DNA of 64,000 nucleotides. Origin: a bacterium (GTDB taxonomy: Bacteria; UBA8248). The position numbers and the translations under genes are program-made. The stretch lies in NCBI GenBank assembly GCA_965219955.1, contig OZ244799.1, positions 4,219,616 through 4,283,615 of the forward strand, written 5' to 3'. The stretch's first letter is position 1. Each line of letters begins with the position of its first letter. Shown here piece after piece: positions 39,805 through 48,939 of this stretch. The notes beneath the pieces are model-generated. The model did not search any database, had not been told where the DNA came from, and saw nothing but the letters and a program-made list of their open reading frames with translations.

Positions 39805-39905
39805 GGGGCCGTTCAAGAAGACCCCTCCCCAGGGGGTCAAGGCGATGCCCCCGGCGAGGGAGGGTGGGGGCGAACCCGACCGAGGATGACTTTTTCAACA
39901 ATCCC
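39805..39905. repeat. degenerate short TIR element
   Basis: GGGGCCGTTCAAGAAG...GACTTTTTCAACAATCCC. Confidence 0.45.
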
Positions 39906-40071
39906 CCGGTCCGCCCGCCGGTTACGGCCGATGCGGAGGATTACAACGGGCGCGAGGCGTTGTATAAAGGGCCGGGCGGATGATCCCCGTTTCAGGCCGG
40001 AGTTGCGGGAAAATCGCTTCCGCCCAAATTTGAACCAGGGCCGCTTCCATTCCTCTTTCACGCGCCGGGAC

Positions 40072-42804
40072 ATGACGGAAGATAAAAAGCGAATCTATCT
40101 CATCGACGGCTCGGGCTACATGTTCCGGGCCTATTACGGCACGATGCGCCAGCGCCTCTCGAACTCGAAGGGCGTGCCCACGGGCGGCACGCTGGCGTTC
40201 GCCCGGATGCTCCTGAAGGTGATACGCGAGCGCGCGCCCGAGTACGTCGCCATCGCCTTCGATCGCCCCGAGCCCACCTTCCGCCACGAGATATACCCCG
40301 CCTACAAGGGAAACCGCGACGCCGCGCCCGAAGACCTGGTCGAGCAGATCCCCTACATGCACCGCGTGGTCGAGGTGCTGCGCATTCCGCTTCTCGTGCA
40401 GGTCGGGGCCGAGGCGGACGACATCATCGGCACGCTGGCCGCGCGCGCCGAGGCGGAGGACTTCGAGGTCGTCCTGGTGACGGCGGATAAGGATTTCGCC
40501 CAGCTCGTATCCGATAAAGTGCGCATCTGGGACCCGATGAAGGACGAGGAGATGGGGCCGGCGGAGATCGAGGCCAAATGGGGCGTGCCGCCCGAGAAAT
40601 TCGTGGAGGTCCAGGCGCTCATGGGCGATTCGACGGACAACATCCCCGGCGTGCCGGGCATCGGCGAGAAAACAGCGGTCGCCCTGATCCGGCAGTTCGG
40701 CGGACTCGAAGAGGTGCTCGCTTCGACGGAAGAGATAAAACGCCCCAAGCAGCGCGAGAACATCGAGGAAAACGTCGATATGGCGAGGCTCTCGCGGGAG
40801 CTTTGCACCATCAGGCGCGACCTGGAACTCGAGGGAGACCTGGAATCCTGTCGCCTCGGCGACGCTGACATCGAGGCGGGCCGGAAACTCTTCGTCGAGG
40901 AACTCGAATTCAAGAGCATCATCGAGCAACTCCCCGGCTACAGCGCGTCCGACGCCGAAGAAGATGCGTCCGGGGAGGCGGCTTCTCCGGCCGAAGCGGA
41001 GGAGCGCGACTACCACATCATCCGAACGCTCGATGATCTGGGGTCGATGATCGCGGAACTAGAATCTGCGGGGCGCTTCGCGTTCGATCTCGAAACGACC
41101 TCGCTCGACCCCATGAAGGCGCGAATCGTGGGCTTCAGCTTCTCCGCCGCTCCCGGCCGCGCGTTCTACGTCCCGGTGGGGCACGAGATGATGGACGCAG
41201 GCCCCCAGCTTCCGCTCGAAGACGTGCTCCGTGAGGTATCCCCGCTGCTCGAATCGCCCGATATCGAGAAAATCGGCCAGAACATCAAATACGACATCGC
41301 GGTATTAAATGAGGCCGGCCACGAGGTTCGCGGCCCCCTGTTCGACACCATGCTCGCCTCCTACCTCCTGCTTTCGAGCCGCAGGAGCCACGGGATGGAC
41401 CATCTGGCGCAGGAGTATTTCGGGGTGACGACCATCAAGTACGCCGATCTGTGCGGCAAGGGGGCGAAGGAGATTCCCTTCTCCCACGTGCCGGTCGAGG
41501 CGGCGGCCCCTTACGCCTGCCAGGATGCGGATATTACATATCGCCTGGCCCTCGAGATGGCCCCGCAACTCGAAAAAGACGGACTGATGAATCTTTTCGA
41601 GGAACTCGAAGTCCCCCTCCTGCGCGTCCTGCTCGACATGGAGCGCGCGGGCATCCGGCTGGATCAGGAGTTTTTGCGCAACATGGGCAAGGAGTTGGAA
41701 GCGCGCCTGGAGCAGATGACGAGCGACATCCACGGGATGGCGGGCGAGACGTTCAACATCAACTCCACCCAGCAATTGCGCGTCATCCTGTTCGAAAAGC
41801 TGAACCTGCCCGTGATCAAGCGAACGAAAACGGGGCCTTCCACCGACATCGACACGCTGGAACGGCTCGCGCCGCAGCACCCCCTCCCGCAGGAAATCCT
41901 GAGTTTCAGACAGCTCTCCAAACTCAAGAGCACCTACGTGGACACCCTGCCCGAACTCGTGAACGCGCGGACGGGCCGCATCCACGCGCGCTTCAACCAG
42001 ACGGTCGCCGCCACGGGCCGCCTGAGCGGTTCGGACCCCAATCTGCAGAACATCCCCATCCGGACGGAGCTGGGCCGCCAGATACGCCGGGCCTTTCTGC
42101 CGGAGGAGGGCTGGAAGCTCTTATCCGCGGATTACAGCCAGATCGAATTAAGAGTGCTGGCGCACTTCACGAACGACCCGGCCCTCGTCGACGCCTTCGG
42201 CAAGGGAGAGGACATCCACGCCACGACCGCCTCGGCCGTCTATGGCGTGCCGCTCGACGGGGTGGACTCCGAGATGCGCCGCGTCGCCAAGGCGGTGAAC
42301 TTCGGCATCATCTACGGGCAGGGGGCCTTCGGCCTCTCCCAGGCCATCGGGGTTCCCCAGTCCGAGGCGCGCTCGTTCATCGACACCTATTTCGAGCGCT
42401 TCGCCGCCGTGCCCGCCTTCGTGGAGGAGACCATCGAGGGGGGCCGCGCGCGCGGCTACGTCTCCACCATCATGGGCCGGCGCAGGTACCTGCCCGATCT
42501 GAACAGCCGCAACCGCAACGCGAAAAACGCCGCCGAGCGGACGGCGGTGAACTCCGTCATCCAGGGGAGCGCCGCCGACGTCATCAAGCTCGCGATGATA
42601 GCCATTGCCGATCGCCTGAAACGGGAGGAGAGGGAAGCGCGCATGCTCGTGCAGGTGCACGATGAGCTCTTGTTCGAGATACCGCCCGCGGAAGTCGAGG
42701 CCGTGGCCGCCCTCGTCGCAGAGGAGATGCGCGGCGCGACCCCCCTGCACGTTCCGCTCGACGTGGACGTGAGCACGGGCGGGAACTGGGGCGAGCTCAA
42801 GTAG
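40072..42804 (+). CDS. polA: DNA polymerase I
   Basis: ATG 40072; 5'-3' exo EADD, 3'-5' exo DLETT, DYSQIELR, KAVNFGIIYG, QVHDEL. Confidence 0.98.
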   Translation: MTEDKKRIYLIDGSGYMFRAYYGTMRQRLSNSKGVPTGGTLAFARMLLKVIRERAPEYVAIAFDRPEPTFRHEIYPAYKGNRDAAPEDLVEQIPYMHRVVEVLRIPLLVQVGAEADDIIGTLAARAEAEDFEVVLVTADKDFAQLVSDKVRIWDPMKDEEMGPAEIEAKWGVPPEKFVEVQALMGDSTDNIPGVPGIGEKTAVALIRQFGGLEEVLASTEEIKRPKQRENIEENVDMARLSRELCTIRRDLELEGDLESCRLGDADIEAGRKLFVEELEFKSIIEQLPGYSASDAEEDASGEAASPAEAEERDYHIIRTLDDLGSMIAELESAGRFAFDLETTSLDPMKARIVGFSFSAAPGRAFYVPVGHEMMDAGPQLPLEDVLREVSPLLESPDIEKIGQNIKYDIAVLNEAGHEVRGPLFDTMLASYLLLSSRRSHGMDHLAQEYFGVTTIKYADLCGKGAKEIPFSHVPVEAAAPYACQDADITYRLALEMAPQLEKDGLMNLFEELEVPLLRVLLDMERAGIRLDQEFLRNMGKELEARLEQMTSDIHGMAGETFNINSTQQLRVILFEKLNLPVIKRTKTGPSTDIDTLERLAPQHPLPQEILSFRQLSKLKSTYVDTLPELVNARTGRIHARFNQTVAATGRLSGSDPNLQNIPIRTELGRQIRRAFLPEEGWKLLSADYSQIELRVLAHFTNDPALVDAFGKGEDIHATTASAVYGVPLDGVDSEMRRVAKAVNFGIIYGQGAFGLSQAIGVPQSEARSFIDTYFERFAAVPAFVEETIEGGRARGYVSTIMGRRRYLPDLNSRNRNAKNAAERTAVNSVIQGSAADVIKLAMIAIADRLKREEREARMLVQVHDELLFEIPPAEVEAVAALVAEEMRGATPLHVPLDVDVSTGGNWGELK

Positions 42805-42805
42805 C

Positions 42806-42865
42806 GGAGGCGCGCGTTCGCCATGTCCAATCTCTACGCGGTCGGCGACATCCACGGCCAGATTC
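42806..42865 (+). repeat. 60-bp direct repeat, left copy
   Basis: Identical to 43515-43574 (RBS plus 5' end of the metallophosphoesterase gene). Confidence 0.95.
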
Positions 42866-43011
42866 GCCGGCCGGGCGCCCCGGCAGTCTCCTTCAAGAAA
42901 ACTCATCCGGACGCCACGCCGTACCCGGCTCCGTCAAACCGTCGTTGAAAAGCCGGGCAAGGAAACATAGAATGCCTGGTGATCCGAAACTTTGAGGCAA
43001 GGAGGCGCGCC

Positions 43012-43209
43012 ATGAAGTACAAGATCGTTCTTCACCGTTCCGATGAGGGCTACAGCGTTTGGATACCGGGCCTGCCGGGTTGTTGCTCGCAGGGAGAAAC
43101 GGAGGCCGAGGCGATCTCCAACATCGAAACCGCCGCCAGGGAATATCTCAGCGCCGTGGAGGATCTCCTGGAGGGCGGAGATATACGGGAAATCGAAGTG
43201 GCCGTCTAG
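43012..43209 (+). CDS. hicB: HicB-family antitoxin (short, no DNA-binding domain)
   Basis: GY.VWIPGLPGCCSQGET..EA..NI. Confidence 0.9.
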   Translation: MKYKIVLHRSDEGYSVWIPGLPGCCSQGETEAEAISNIETAAREYLSAVEDLLEGGDIREIEVAV

Positions 43210-43210
43210 C

Positions 43211-43423
43211 GTGCCGAAGATCCCGGGGGTCAACCATCTGCATGCGGTGCGCGCCCTGGAAAAGGCCGGCTTCCGCATACTTCGCCAAGGCAAGCACATC
43301 GTGATGTCGGATGGCGTTCGCGTGTTGACGATCCCGAGGAACAACCCCGTGAATGCGCTCACGATGGGGGCAATCGTCAGGGCCGCCGGGTTGAGCGTTG
43401 ATGAATTCCGCAGGCTTTTGTGA
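43211..43423 (+). CDS. hicA: HicA-family mRNase toxin
   Basis: GTG 43211; LEKAGF..LRQGKH...TIPR...I.RAAGLS.DEF. Confidence 0.85.
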   Translation: MPKIPGVNHLHAVRALEKAGFRILRQGKHIVMSDGVRVLTIPRNNPVNALTMGAIVRAAGLSVDEFRRLL

Positions 43424-43514
43424 AACAAAAAAACGGCATGACACCCCTTGACGCCACATGCCGCCGGCCACGGGCCCGGGTCCGTAGCTTTCCTCGGCAC
43501 GGTCGGGTTCTCCG

Positions 43515-43574
43515 GGAGGCGCGCGTTCGCCATGTCCAATCTCTACGCGGTCGGCGACATCCACGGCCAGATTC
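43515..43574 (+). repeat. 60-bp direct repeat, right copy
   Basis: Identical to 42806-42865. Confidence 0.95.
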
Positions 43575-44194
43575 ACATGCTCGAAGCCCTGGTGGAGCGC
43601 GTGCCCTTCCGGGAAGACGATGAGATCGTCTTTCTCGGCGATTTCATCGACCGGGGGCGGGATTCAAAAGCCGTGGTCGAGTTCCTGCTCGGTTTCAGGC
43701 GCGAATACCCAAAAACCGTGTTCTTGCGGGGCAACCATGAGGACATGCTCCTGGATTATCTCGCTGGCGGCGGGAGCTATTATCCGGGGGTCTATGTAAT
43801 GAACGGCGGCGATGCGACCCTGGAGAACTACCGCGATGAGAGAGGCGACGTCCATCTCCCGCCCGAGCATCTGAAATTCCTGAACGCCCTCGAGTGGATT
43901 CATGTGAGCCGCGGGTTCATCTTCGTGCATGCGGGCCTGAGGCCGAACGTTCCCATCGACAGCCAGGACCCGATGGATATGGTCTGGATACGGGAAGAGT
44001 TTTTCCATGCGCAATACGATTTCGGCAAGCCCGTCGTATTCGGGCACACGCCGGGGTGGGAGATAAAAAACGAGCTTCCGTTTTATCTGGGAATCGACAC
44101 GAGCGCCGTGCACGGCGGGCGCCTGACCTGCGTGCAGCTCGCCGGAGGCGAACTCGTGGAATGCCACCAGGTCTCCTCGCAAGAAGTGGAATGA
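43532..44194 (+). CDS. metallophosphoesterase (PrpA/ApaH-like)
   Basis: GDIHG, GDFIDRG, GNHE, HAG, FGHTP, IDT. Confidence 0.92.
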   Translation: MSNLYAVGDIHGQIHMLEALVERVPFREDDEIVFLGDFIDRGRDSKAVVEFLLGFRREYPKTVFLRGNHEDMLLDYLAGGGSYYPGVYVMNGGDATLENYRDERGDVHLPPEHLKFLNALEWIHVSRGFIFVHAGLRPNVPIDSQDPMDMVWIREEFFHAQYDFGKPVVFGHTPGWEIKNELPFYLGIDTSAVHGGRLTCVQLAGGELVECHQVSSQEVE

Positions 44195-44206
44195 GATGAA
44201 TCGCTC

Positions 44207-46492
44207 GTGAACCGAACCTCAAAGATTCCAGACGATAAGAAGATACTGGGCCTGATCGCCCAGGAGGGCAGGCCGATGGCCGTGCGCGAACTCGTGCGCC
44301 TGCTGGAGGTGCCATCCAACGCGCGGCCCGCGCTCAGGAAGCGCCTGCGCGCCATGGCGGAAGAGGGCGCGCTCGTCCGCGTTCGCGGGCGCTATTCGAC
44401 GCCGGGTTCCCTCTCCATCTACCAGGGCGTCTTCCGGGGGCACGCGCAGGGCTACGGGTTCGTTGCGCCGGGCCAGGCCGAGGGTGAGGAAAAATCTCCC
44501 GACATCATGATCAAGAAAACCCGCACGCGCGGCGCCATGGACGGCGATCTGGTCTCCGCCCGGGTGGAGAAGGTCCATCCCGACGGGAGGCGCGAGGGCA
44601 CCGTGCTCGACGTGGTGGAGCGCGCGCACGAAACCCTGGTGGGCAGGCTCTGCGTCGAGGGCCGGAGCGCGTGGGTCGAGCCCCAGCAAGATCGCATCCC
44701 GCATCTCGTGGTGCTGGGCGCGGGGAGCCGGGAAGGAGCCAGGCGCGGTGAATGGGTGGAGGTCGAGATCACCCGCTATCCCACCCAGAAGGAGCCCGCC
44801 GGAGGGCGGGTCTTGAGGTCGTTCGGCTACCCGGAAGACCCCGCCGCCGAGGGGCGGATGGTGCTCGCCAAGCACGGGATACGCGAGGATTTCCCCAAAA
44901 AAGTGCTGGAAGAAGAAAAAGGGATATTTCCGCCGGGGGAGGATACTCCTTTCCCGGAGGGTGTGGAGGATTTGAGGGATCTTTGCGCGTTCACCATCGA
45001 CCCGTTCGATGCGCGCGACCGCGACGACGCGGTTTCGATTGAGAAACTCAAGGGAGGCCACCGCCTCGGCGTGCACATCGCCGACGTGGGCCATTACGTG
45101 AAAGAGGGCGGCGCGATCGACAAGGAAGCCCGCGACCGGGGAACGAGCGTCTATCTCCCGGACCGGGCGGTGCCCATGCTGCCGCCCCACCTGACGGGCG
45201 AGGTGTGCTCGCTGCGCGAGGGGGCCGTTCGCAGGACCTTGAGCGCCTTCATCGATTTCGATCGCTACGGGAACCGGACGGGGATGCGGCTCACCTACGC
45301 GCGCATCCGCTCGCGCGCTTCCCTGACCTACCGCGGCGCGGCGGCCGTTCTGGAAGGCGGGGAGATTCCCCATGAAAGCGAGGCCGAAAGCGCCCGCGCC
45401 CTCGAAGAGCCACTCCGGGCACTCTCGACCCTTGCGGAGAAGCTCCACTCGGAGCGCATGAAGCGGGGGAGTCTCGATTTCGACCTGCCCGAAGCGCAGG
45501 TGCTGCTCGATGAGGAGGGGATGCCGTCGGGTATCGAGCGCGCCCCGAGAACGTCGGCACACCGGCTCATCGAGGAGTGCATGCTGGCGGCGAACCGGGC
45601 GGTGGCGGAATTTCTCGCAGAAGCCGGCGGCGCTTCCGTCTTCCGCATCCACGAGCCGCCCGCGGAGGAGAACCTGGAGGGCCTGAGGGCGATCCTCTCG
45701 AAGCTGGGCCTGAAGGCCCCCCGCTTGGAAGCGCTCAAGCGGCCGGGCGGGTTCCAGGAGGTGTTCGACGCCGTGCGCGGCTCGGACGTGGAGCGATACG
45801 TGAATTTCGCCGCCTTGAGGAGCATGAAGCTCGCGCGCTATGAGGCCGCTCCCGCCCTCCACTTCGGGCTTGGCTTCGAGCGCTACACGCATTTCACTTC
45901 GCCCATCCGCCGCTATGCGGACCTGTGCGTCCACAGAAGGCTCGGGAGGCTCATGCGCGGCGATAAAAGAAAGCCGCAGGCGAAGCCGCTCGCCGCCCTT
46001 TGCGGCGATATTTCAGAGAGAGACCGGGTGGCCGAGGCCGCCTCGCGCGAGATGGTGGATTTCATGAAGGCGCTCTTCATGCGCGATAAAGTCGGCGAGC
46101 GCTTTCGCGGCCATGTGTCCGGCGTCGCGAATTTCGGTATTTTCGTGGAACTGGGGGACGTATACGTTGAGGGCATGGTCCCGCTCGAATTCATGACGGA
46201 CGACTATTACGCCTTCATACCCGAGGAACACGCGGTGTATGGCCGGAGGACGGGCCGGCGGTTCCGCCTGGGCGACCCCGTCACCGTGCGGGTGGAGGGC
46301 GTGGATTTGGCCTCGCGCCGCGTCACGTTCCAGCTCATGGCCGGCGGGACGAGGGAGTTGGTCGGCGAAGCGGCCGAATCGCGCCGCGCGGCGGTGATCA
46401 CGGGGACGCGCCGCCCCCGCAGGGAGAAATCCCCCGCTCCCCGGCGGAAGAAGAGGGGAAAAGCGGCCCCCAGGCGCGGCAGACGCCGCTGA
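44207..46492 (+). CDS. rnr: ribonuclease R
   Basis: TIDP..ARDRDDA, HFTSPIRRYAD, S1 domain, basic tail. Confidence 0.95.
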   Translation: MNRTSKIPDDKKILGLIAQEGRPMAVRELVRLLEVPSNARPALRKRLRAMAEEGALVRVRGRYSTPGSLSIYQGVFRGHAQGYGFVAPGQAEGEEKSPDIMIKKTRTRGAMDGDLVSARVEKVHPDGRREGTVLDVVERAHETLVGRLCVEGRSAWVEPQQDRIPHLVVLGAGSREGARRGEWVEVEITRYPTQKEPAGGRVLRSFGYPEDPAAEGRMVLAKHGIREDFPKKVLEEEKGIFPPGEDTPFPEGVEDLRDLCAFTIDPFDARDRDDAVSIEKLKGGHRLGVHIADVGHYVKEGGAIDKEARDRGTSVYLPDRAVPMLPPHLTGEVCSLREGAVRRTLSAFIDFDRYGNRTGMRLTYARIRSRASLTYRGAAAVLEGGEIPHESEAESARALEEPLRALSTLAEKLHSERMKRGSLDFDLPEAQVLLDEEGMPSGIERAPRTSAHRLIEECMLAANRAVAEFLAEAGGASVFRIHEPPAEENLEGLRAILSKLGLKAPRLEALKRPGGFQEVFDAVRGSDVERYVNFAALRSMKLARYEAAPALHFGLGFERYTHFTSPIRRYADLCVHRRLGRLMRGDKRKPQAKPLAALCGDISERDRVAEAASREMVDFMKALFMRDKVGERFRGHVSGVANFGIFVELGDVYVEGMVPLEFMTDDYYAFIPEEHAVYGRRTGRRFRLGDPVTVRVEGVDLASRRVTFQLMAGGTRELVGEAAESRRAAVITGTRRPRREKSPAPRRKKRGKAAPRRGRRR

Positions 46493-46502
46493 GTTTTGAA
46501 GC

Positions 46503-46763
46503 GGGGTTGTTGAAAAAGTCCGAGGAGAGAGGAATCACTCCCCCCTTGAGGGGGAGTCGAAGAGCTGAGGGCGTAAGCCCGAAAGCGATTCGGTGGGGGG
46601 TATAATCCGGAATGGCGATAAAACGCATTTTACCCCCCACCGATTCAGCCTTCGCACAAACCGCTCGGCTTCCTCGACTCCCCCTCAAGGGGGGAGTGAT
46701 TTTTCTCTCTCGTCGGTCGGTTACATATGACAAATCCAGTGTTCCGGCTTTTTCAACAGCCCT
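46503..46763. mobile_element. TIR shell carrying 163-bp palindromic element
   Basis: GGGGTTGTTGAAAAAGTCC...GGCTTTTTCAACAGCCCT; element 46536-46698; another left TIR near 46860. Confidence 0.8.
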
Positions 46764-47144
46764 GACAAGGGGGGTAGGGGGGTTGCCGTTCAAGGCGGGG
46801 AGGCGAGAACGCGTGGTCTGTGGAGGAAAGGGCCGACACCCCTCGAAGGGCTGCTTTCAGGGGTTGTTGAAAAACCCCCGAGTGTGGGAACTGCTGCGAC
46901 ACATTCCCCGAGGTGCAGGCCGAGTCGGGGTGCCGGCTTGCTTCGATGAAGCGCGAAACAGGGGCTGCCCGTTGTTCCCGTTCCCGGCTCGAGGACTCAA
47001 ACTCATAACCAGGAGCGGTACTGTTTGCTCTATCACGAGGGAAGCAACCAACGGGCAACCCCCTTTTCCACTCTTCTTCCTTTTCCTTCGCCCGCCTGAG
47101 GCTCCGGAGCGGTGAAGCCCCGAGGCCGAAGGCGTTCTGCTCTC

Positions 47145-48770
47145 TTACCTGTGCGCCCCGAACACGCCGATGAACGCGGCGTCTCCCACCGGAGCGGTTT
47201 GTTTGGTTGCCATAAAAGTTCCCGCGACCGACCCGGGAGCATTGAGCGTATAAGTCGTCGTTGTTGTTCTTTCCGGGGTGTTACCAGAAACATTTCCCGT
47301 CTTGCTGGTCTTGCTGGCCTTCATTCTGAAGAACTGGCCTTTCCAAGTGCCCGAGTAGCTCTCTCCACCGATCACGCCCGCGGTAGCACCGGTCATTTCG
47401 CCTTCTATAGCATCGGTAAGATCTTCTTTTTGCAACTGAATGTTCCCCGAGATCGATTTTCCGCCGGCGCTGATATTCGTGATTTCACCTTCGATGCTGC
47501 CAGTCGCGGCCGCTCCATCTGGATTTTCAAATACGGCCCTGAGCTCTACGTCCGCATCGAAATAGCTGGCTTTCCCTCCGGCCAGATAGGCCCCGTTCGC
47601 ATCGCCGCGATAGGTGGCCTTCACAATCTTGCCGACTGAGACAAAAGCGCTGATGAGGTTTATTGTTCCAGTCGGTTCCACGCAGGTTCTTGTGAGCGTG
47701 GCAGTATTCGCTGATTCAGCTGCGCCACAGAATGTATGTGAACTGTTGATGGGTTGGCTCCCATACGCGAACGCTTTCAAGTCAGTGCCATTGAGCCAAA
47801 TTCCCAAGAGCAGATAGTCGGGATCGTTCGTAAAGTTGTATCTGGGATTGGATTCACTTTCTGCTTGCTGGGAATCGAAATTTGGGTTGTTTGTCCTTGT
47901 CTGCCTTTCGATATTCGTGTAGGCGTTGACGAACTCGGTGGGGTTGTTTCCGCTCGCTTTCAGGTCGAAACCGTAGCGGAAGGTGGGCGGTCCGGTTAGC
48001 TTGGAGGCCACACTACTGGTCGATGACAGGGTTGCCGCCGTGACTGTGTGGGTCCCGGCAACCTTCCTTTCTGCATTCGGGTCCTCGTAATATGGGTACG
48101 AGGCACTATAGCCCGACGGAAATGTGTCGCTCACCGAGATATCAGTGGCTTCTATGGTGTTCAGCGTCGTTTTTAAATCGTTCTCGTTGTTTCTCAGATA
48201 CCTGATGAGCGAGGAGCCGTTCGTCGCGAGGCGCTCGGTCTCCGCCTGCTGCTCGCGCAGGTTCGCAACCGCGTCCACGGCGCTCCGGATGCCCTCCGCC
48301 GCCGTTCGAGCGGCCCTCAGCCTGCCGAGCGCCGCGTTGGCGCTCGCCACGGCGCCTTCCGCCGCCGCCGGCGTGGTGGCCGTAGCGACCACGCCGCTCG
48401 CGCCCACGATGTCCGTCAAGGCGTTCCGCGCGGCGGTTCCCTGGGAACGGGCGTCATCTATCTGCTGGACAGTAGCGTCGGCGCTGGCTTCCACCGCCGT
48501 CACGGCCGAGCGCGCCGCCTGTTCTATCGTGTTGGCCTGATTGACGATGCCCGCTATCGTTTCCCTCGCCGTGGCTATCCTCTGCTCATCCGTCGGTCCC
48601 GGATCCGTGCAGTCCGGGTACGTCCCGACCTGACCCTGCGGGCATTCCATCACCGGCGGCGGTTCTTCTTCCATAGCGCTGCCGCCGCCACCGCCGCCGC
48701 AACCGGAGGCAAATGCCGCAATGCACACGGCAAATACCGCCAATCCTAAATATCTGAGCATTTTCATCAT
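47145..48770 (-). CDS. surface lipoprotein with TbpB-like C-terminal barrel
   Basis: Lipobox FASG-C, poly-Gly linker; ATYRG.A.G, G.W.GQF, AGTF, G.FGA C-terminus. Confidence 0.75.
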   Translation of the reverse strand: MMKMLRYLGLAVFAVCIAAFASGCGGGGGGSAMEEEPPPVMECPQGQVGTYPDCTDPGPTDEQRIATARETIAGIVNQANTIEQAARSAVTAVEASADATVQQIDDARSQGTAARNALTDIVGASGVVATATTPAAAEGAVASANAALGRLRAARTAAEGIRSAVDAVANLREQQAETERLATNGSSLIRYLRNNENDLKTTLNTIEATDISVSDTFPSGYSASYPYYEDPNAERKVAGTHTVTAATLSSTSSVASKLTGPPTFRYGFDLKASGNNPTEFVNAYTNIERQTRTNNPNFDSQQAESESNPRYNFTNDPDYLLLGIWLNGTDLKAFAYGSQPINSSHTFCGAAESANTATLTRTCVEPTGTINLISAFVSVGKIVKATYRGDANGAYLAGGKASYFDADVELRAVFENPDGAAATGSIEGEITNISAGGKSISGNIQLQKEDLTDAIEGEMTGATAGVIGGESYSGTWKGQFFRMKASKTSKTGNVSGNTPERTTTTTYTLNAPGSVAGTFMATKQTAPVGDAAFIGVFGAHR

Positions 48771-48939
48771 TTGCCCCCTAAGGCTGCCCCCCTCCTGAAA
48801 CGGAAGGGGCGGACGGATGAAACTCCTTTTCAACCTGCCTGCTGCCTGCCGTCGCCGAAGCGACCGCGCTTCTCATTCCTCCATCCCCCGGCCCCAGGCT
48901 TGATGCAGCCCGGGGCCCTGAGGAGTCATGCGCTGTTGC

